This document shows positions 55,001-64,000 of a DNA stretch of 64,000 nucleotides, in pieces. The stretch is from Cyanophora paradoxa CCMP329 (Eukaryota; Plantae; Glaucophyta), in the NCBI GenBank assembly GCA_004431415.1, contig QPMI01000415.1:124001-188000 (forward strand), in the 5' to 3' direction. A program made the translations under genes and the position numbers. Under the pieces are notes generated by a model, which saw only the letters and a program-made list of their open reading frames with translations, did no database searches and was not told the origin of the DNA. Each line of letters begins with the position of its first letter. Position 1 is the first letter of the stretch.

Positions 55001-57508
55001 GTGATGCTGAAGATGCCTTGCATGTTCGCCCCCGCCGGCCGGTCGAACGGCTTACGCGACTGGAAGAACGGCTGCAGCGAAAAAGCTCGGGTCAAGCGAC
55101 CGACGGGTCTCACTAGCCCGCGAAGAGGGGGTGCTAGCGCAAGCGATCGCGACCCGGGTACCAGAGAGAACGACATTGCGTTCATGTTCGTTGACGTCGA
55201 TGGGTAGACGACCCAGGCCGGCTCCTGCTTCTCCACGACCGCCGTGTAGTACGGGCGCCTCCTGTTTGTGGGGGGCGACGTCGACGTCCGCATCAGCGCT
55301 AGCGCTCGTAATCCAAGCGCCCCTGACGCGTTAGAAAAGCAAGGTCGACACGGCAGACCGGGGGTCGAAGGCCAGGCGCGAAGGCCTCTCCTCGGACGTG
55401 ATCACTGGGCCGGGGCGCTCCGAGCTGTAATCTGCGCGCGGGACGGGTGCGGGGATCGAGTCAAGGACTCGCTTTTATGCCCAACCCATGGATCAAATCC
55501 TAGGCCCCGGGCCAGACGTTCAAATCCTAGGCCCCGGGCCAGACGTTAGCCCACAGTTTTCCGCGCGAGAGCGTCGCACGATTGTACGCAGCGTGAATAA
55601 AGTGGAGGATCATCTTATACGGATGCTAGAATGGAATAGTATAATCGCATAAGAAGCTCACAGTAGAACCAGGAGTCGATGGCCCTGGAGTCGTTCAGGT
55701 TGGGGCCCGTCGCGACCAGGCGGAGGCCCTCGGAGGGGGCCGGGACCGTGCTCCAGAAGGACGGCGTGTCCTCCTGCACGAGAACGTCGACGTCAGAGCA
55801 GAGCAGAGCCGAGCGGAGCGCGCGGGTCGAACGGGAGGCCGCAGCTGCGGAGCGTCTCGGGCGCGCTTTGCACATCTATGCTAATTCCCAGAAGCTTGCA
55901 GGAGACACATCTATTTTGGATGAACGTGCACTATGATATATGCTCATCAAGACGCTGTTATAGTTAAAGAGGGGACGCTCGCCTGTCGCACGACGAAGCC
56001 GAACCCGTTCGGGAGGACCAGTGCCTGCGCATTGGGGGGCGCACGAGCCGGCATTGAACGCCCGCACAGGGAAGAGGGCGGCCGGCGCCGGCGATGCAAA
56101 TGCGAACAAAGGCATACGGACCATAGACGCGATCGAGTTCGTCGTGACTGGCGCGCGCGGGAAGCCGAGGTCAGCGTCAGTCGCCAATTCGATTGGGACC
56201 TGGCCGCGGCCACAACGATCGCGAGGATCATAGGAAGCGGGCGCACGCATCGTGGCCCGCGCGTCGCGCTCGAGAGTCGGGAAGTCCTCGAACTTCAGCG
56301 TCGCCGGCGTGTTGTCCAAGTTGCGCGCCGCCGACCACGCGCACTGCGCATGAGTGCCGGGGCGGTTAATTCTGACCCACGGAGGGAATGGTGGGAAGCC
56401 AAGGCCTAGGACGTGGGGCGCGTACGTGCTCCGCTGCTTGGACCGCCTCCATGAAAACGCGCTTCAGCAGAAGTCAGAGTCTGATTGCAAATGTAGAGCT
56501 TGAGAGGGGCCGGCGCACCAGAACCTCGCTCTGGACGCGGTACCCCACGTGCACGAGCACTGCGATCGAAATCGAGCGCATCGATACCACGATATTAATC
56601 GCGATCAGGCCCTATTCAATTATAGCTAGGTAGCTGTGTATGTTATAATTAGCTATGATCATGCACAGGCGCGGCTAAATTGCGGGGGAAATGAAATGCG
56701 CTATGGGAGTGTGCCGCGTGCAGGCGTGATTGTGGGGAATCGCGCACGCTGGCTGTTGAGGTTCTCAGACATCGCGTCCGCGTTCCAGAAGCTGACCACC
56801 ACGATGGCCACGATGCACCCGATCTGTGTGGGGGCGAGTCATGATCAGCTGCGACGGCAGCCGCCCGCGAGCCCAGGCCAGGCCAGGGCCGATCCGGCAG
56901 GAAATTGAACGGATGGCAGCGAGTTGCAATTGGGGCCGCACCATGATGAGGCAGAGGGCGGGTAGCACGCCCCATCGGAGACTGACGGCCCGCCACTTGC
57001 TCAGCTCCGGTTCGGGTACCGGTGCGGCGCCAGCGCCCCCCTTGCTCGCGCTCGCTGCAGAGGATCCGGATGCTTCGCTGCTCTTCTCATGATCAGAATC
57101 ATGCGCTGCGGGGCTGCTGTGCTGGAGCGCGGGCTGCGCGTCCGGCTGAGCTGCCGGCTGCAACAGCCGCCCGCTAGCGCTAAAGACTGGATCGCGATCG
57201 TCCATCGGGAGATTCCGGGGCGAGGCCCCATGGCCCGGGGCCGCGGCCGGGGGGGGCGGGGAAGCCGCCAGCTTCGGCTCCTCCTCCAGGGAGAACGAGG
57301 AGGCGGCGGCAGAGGGGCTGCGCGACTGCGCCGCCACGTGCACGGGGTCCGCCGGCGTGATCTCCAGAGTTGGCAGGGCTCGCCGCGCGAGAGGATTGAC
57401 GTTCGCCCGCTCCGCCGCGCCCGAGCTCGCGATCGGTGCAAGGGGAACGACGTTGACCACTGAGCGGTCATGCTCGAGCTCGGAGGGTTCGTGAGCATGC
57501 GCCATCAT
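46029..57508 (-). CDS. Host multi-exon hybrid sensor histidine kinase (TM, Cache-like, TM, PAS, HisKA, HATPase, receiver)
   Basis: H-box CHEVRTPLNG. N-box GDPTRVRQILINL..NACKFT. FSVTDT, TRKFGGT, GLSICKQLAELMGG. Receiver RILLVEDQ..FLRKPI. PAS-like segments (EWNGAMERI; VRLMVSGAARRDASGAVVG). Cache-like RRPYY..PAW. Confidence 0.85.
54328..54687. repeat. 41-bp minisatellite, about 8.8 copies, probably intronic in the kinase gene
   Basis: Unit GTTAA[A/C]GCGATCACAGCAACGACTGCCTCAGCCGCGGCGAT starts at 54328, 54369, 54410 and so on to 54656. Confidence 0.92.
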
Positions 57509-59361
57509 GTCGCGCGTGCTGCCGCGGCGCTGCAGGCCTGGGGGCCGGGCCCGATGCTAGACGCTGCTGCTGCTGCAGTGCTGATGCTAGATGGAATCAG
57601 CTACAGGCCTAGGCCTGCAGCACACTTGGGCATCGCCACGCAGCGAGCTTGTTGAAGTTTGAGCCCCCGCGGACGTCCTGCGCATGCGTGCGTGATCATG
57701 AGAAAACCCGCAAGCTAAGCTTGAGCTTGCGGTACGGTGGCCATGGCCATGGGGGCCCGCCAGGCCCGTGCTATGTATGTCCGTAGACGGATCCCGCGGC
57801 TGGAGCGGGACGCACCACAATCGTAGAGCGCGCACGCATGCCGCGGCGGGGGATACGCAGGCTGCAGCTGCGCTGCAGTGGGAAGTTCAGTGGGAACAGC
57901 TGGAGACTGCAGCGCGGGCGGGGGGTGTTCCGAAGTTCGGTTGCTTCGAATCGGCGCGCGAGGCGAGCTTTAATTTGCCCAGCTAAGTTGGTCCGCGCAC
58001 GTTTGCAGCAGCGTTCCCTGCCTAGCTGCCGCGTTCGCCGCGCGCCGGGAGTTCCGAAGTTCCGAAGTTCCGCGCACGAGTACGTGCAGCAGCGCTCCGG
58101 CTCCTGCCTAGCCCACTGGGCCAGCTATAGCTGCCGCGTCCGCCGCGCGCCGGGCCGGGAGTTCCGAGGCCTACTCACTCACTAGACTTCTAGTGACTGA
58201 TGCTCCGCCGCGCGCCTCCGGATCCGCGCAGCGCACTAGTACTGTGGCACTATGGGCAGTCTATGGCGTATACACGCGATGAGACGAAAGACGATCGCTA
58301 TGGCATGGATGCTGGGAAGCCTGGGATTCCTGGGAACAAAACGTTAAAACCCTGTACCCTACTCGGTCGCTTCGAAAAAACGAATGTTTTAGTCACATTC
58401 ACAGAATTTCGAACCAATCACCTGGTCTCTCCAGTCAACCGCTTGACCAAATGTTCGGGCCAACTTCGGGGCCCCGCCGGCACCATATATGCATGATGCA
58501 CCCATATGCATAATATGATTCCATAGTGATATCGATTCTATTCTACCGTTATGATAATAACTTTATAATTTAGTAACAAGATGTCCGCCCGCAGATGTCC
58601 GCCCGCAGATGTCCGCGGGGCGCAGTCCGCGAGAGCTCGGGGCTTGTGCTCTCCAGGACTCAGGGACTTAGTGCAGGATCTTATCCCATTCCCCCTTCTT
58701 CGAATTCCCCGTGAATTGGATTTCTTCCCCCTCGTAATTTCTTGCTCATCATCGATTCGAAATGATACTCATGCTTTTTTTTCCATCAACTTGTTCCTGA
58801 TGCCACATCCCCCCGGGTCCACACCCACCCCTCACGAGCCCCACCCCCTACGCCTCGGGAAAATCTGTGTCGAAGGCCCCACATGCTATGACAGGGCGTA
58901 GGGACTTTGAGAACCTGGGTACGTATACGTATGATTCGATAATCGATATATATCATAGTACTAGTATCATCGACCGTGATGATCGACGTCGACCGCCCGA
59001 GCGATCGCGACTCGCGAGTACAAAAAAATAAACTTTTCTAAATTGCAACGCTCAGAGCGGCGGCCGCCGCCGCGGCCGCGGGCGCCGGGCGGTATACGTA
59101 CCGCCGCCGGGCCGGCGCCGGCCGGCCGCCGGCCGGGCGCGGGGCGCTGCGCCGCCCCGGCCGGGCGCCGGGCGCCGCCGGCGCCGGCCCGGCGGGCCGG
59201 CCCGCCCGGCCGCCGCGCGCGCCGCGCGCGCGGCCCGGGCTGCGCGGCCCGCGGGCCGCGGCGCGGGCCGCCGGGCGGCCGTATACGTACCGTCACTGGT
59301 CCGTCAGTGGTCCGTCGACGTCACTACCGTGTCACCGACTCACCGTGGCACGGCCCGCACG

Positions 59362-59796
59362 CAGGGTTGTCAAAATTTTACCCCCCCAAAATGGACCACA
59401 AAATTTTGAGGAATACACCGGTCCGGGAACGTTAACGTTCCCGGAATATTCCACCATACAAAATCCTGGAAAATTCTCAATACCGTGCGCTGCGCACAGC
59501 AGACACCCTTTCAAAGCTGCGAAGCACTAAGATAACATCACAACAAGCATTCTGAGAGACAGTATACAGCCTTCTGGAGCTTGGAGACGGAAATGCAAGG
59601 CCCGTGGTGGGGTCAGAAGGGGGGGGAGGGGGCGCAGAAAAGGGATGAAAATGAATACAATTATCATTAAATTATATTCAATTTCCTAAAATTTTCCCCC
59701 TGCAAATTTAAACGGCCGCGGGACGCGAAAATTTTCCCAAAATTTTCTAATATTCCGGGAACGTTCCAGGCTGGAATATTCCGGCTGACAGCCCTG
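59362..59796. mobile_element. Non-autonomous hAT-type MITE (435 bp)
   Basis: TIR CAGGG[T/C]TGTCA. Perfect 8-bp TSD CCCGCACG (59354-59361 and 59797-59804). Subterminal GGAATATTCC and GGAACGTT motifs near both ends. Confidence 0.85.
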
Positions 59797-60250
59797 CCCG
59801 CACGGGCCTCACGGAGTCACGGCCGGCCGTGTACGCATGCACTGTGCAAGTTTCTAAGTTACTACTACTAACTTACTACAAGTTACTAGTAGTGCCGCTA
59901 CTAGACTAGTACTAGTGCGACCCCACGGACGCCGTGACGCGTGCATGTATGGTAGCCCATGGCCACGGGCGACCGCCTGCGATACCCCTCGTACGGAGTC
60001 GTACCCCAAATATATTTTCATACCCCCTCCCCCGCAGATCGGAGTGCACCTCGTCCCAGGCAGTTAGTTGGAAGCATGGTGCCATGGCCAGAAGCAATGA
60101 CGATTACGAGGTCCAACGCCCACGTATGGTCTGCAGCTGCGCATGCAGCTGCAGCTGCGCGCGGCTGCGTATATCGTCTGCCCGGCTGCCCGGGCGGCCG
60201 GCGCCGCCGCGGTGCCGGCGCGGGCCCGGGGCCGGGGCCCGCGCGCGCGC

Positions 60251-64000
<3,750 letters not shown>

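Overview
Eukaryotic DNA from a GC-rich, intron-dense protist or alga (species not determinable here). The main feature is a complete 26,280-bp integrated Polinton-like virus (PLV)/Maverick-type element at 4797-31076. It has 863-bp terminal inverted repeats and a 6-bp target-site duplication (GGCACA), and it appears to sit inside a ~78-nt intron of a large host Kelch/FN3 type-I membrane protein gene. Core genes: rve integrase, a PolB-like/SF1 helicase/HNH fusion, A32-type packaging ATPase, a probable double-jelly-roll capsid protein and two penton-like proteins. I found no maturation protease. Accessory genes: a Dam-like adenine methyltransferase directly followed by a pyruvoyl SAM decarboxylase, an HNH-AP2 endonuclease, a patatin-discoidin fusion, and a ~8.5-kb cassette of phage-fibre-like, lectin-like and C1q genes, one with a C-terminal membrane anchor. 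Several single-base frameshifts look like homopolymer assembly errors. The host part also contains a second membrane-protein gene, a hybrid sensor histidine kinase, the 3' part of NSUN2/TRM4, Tc1/mariner-type and hAT-type MITEs, a tRNA-derived SINE and tandem repeats. All calls come from motif reading by eye; no searches were run.
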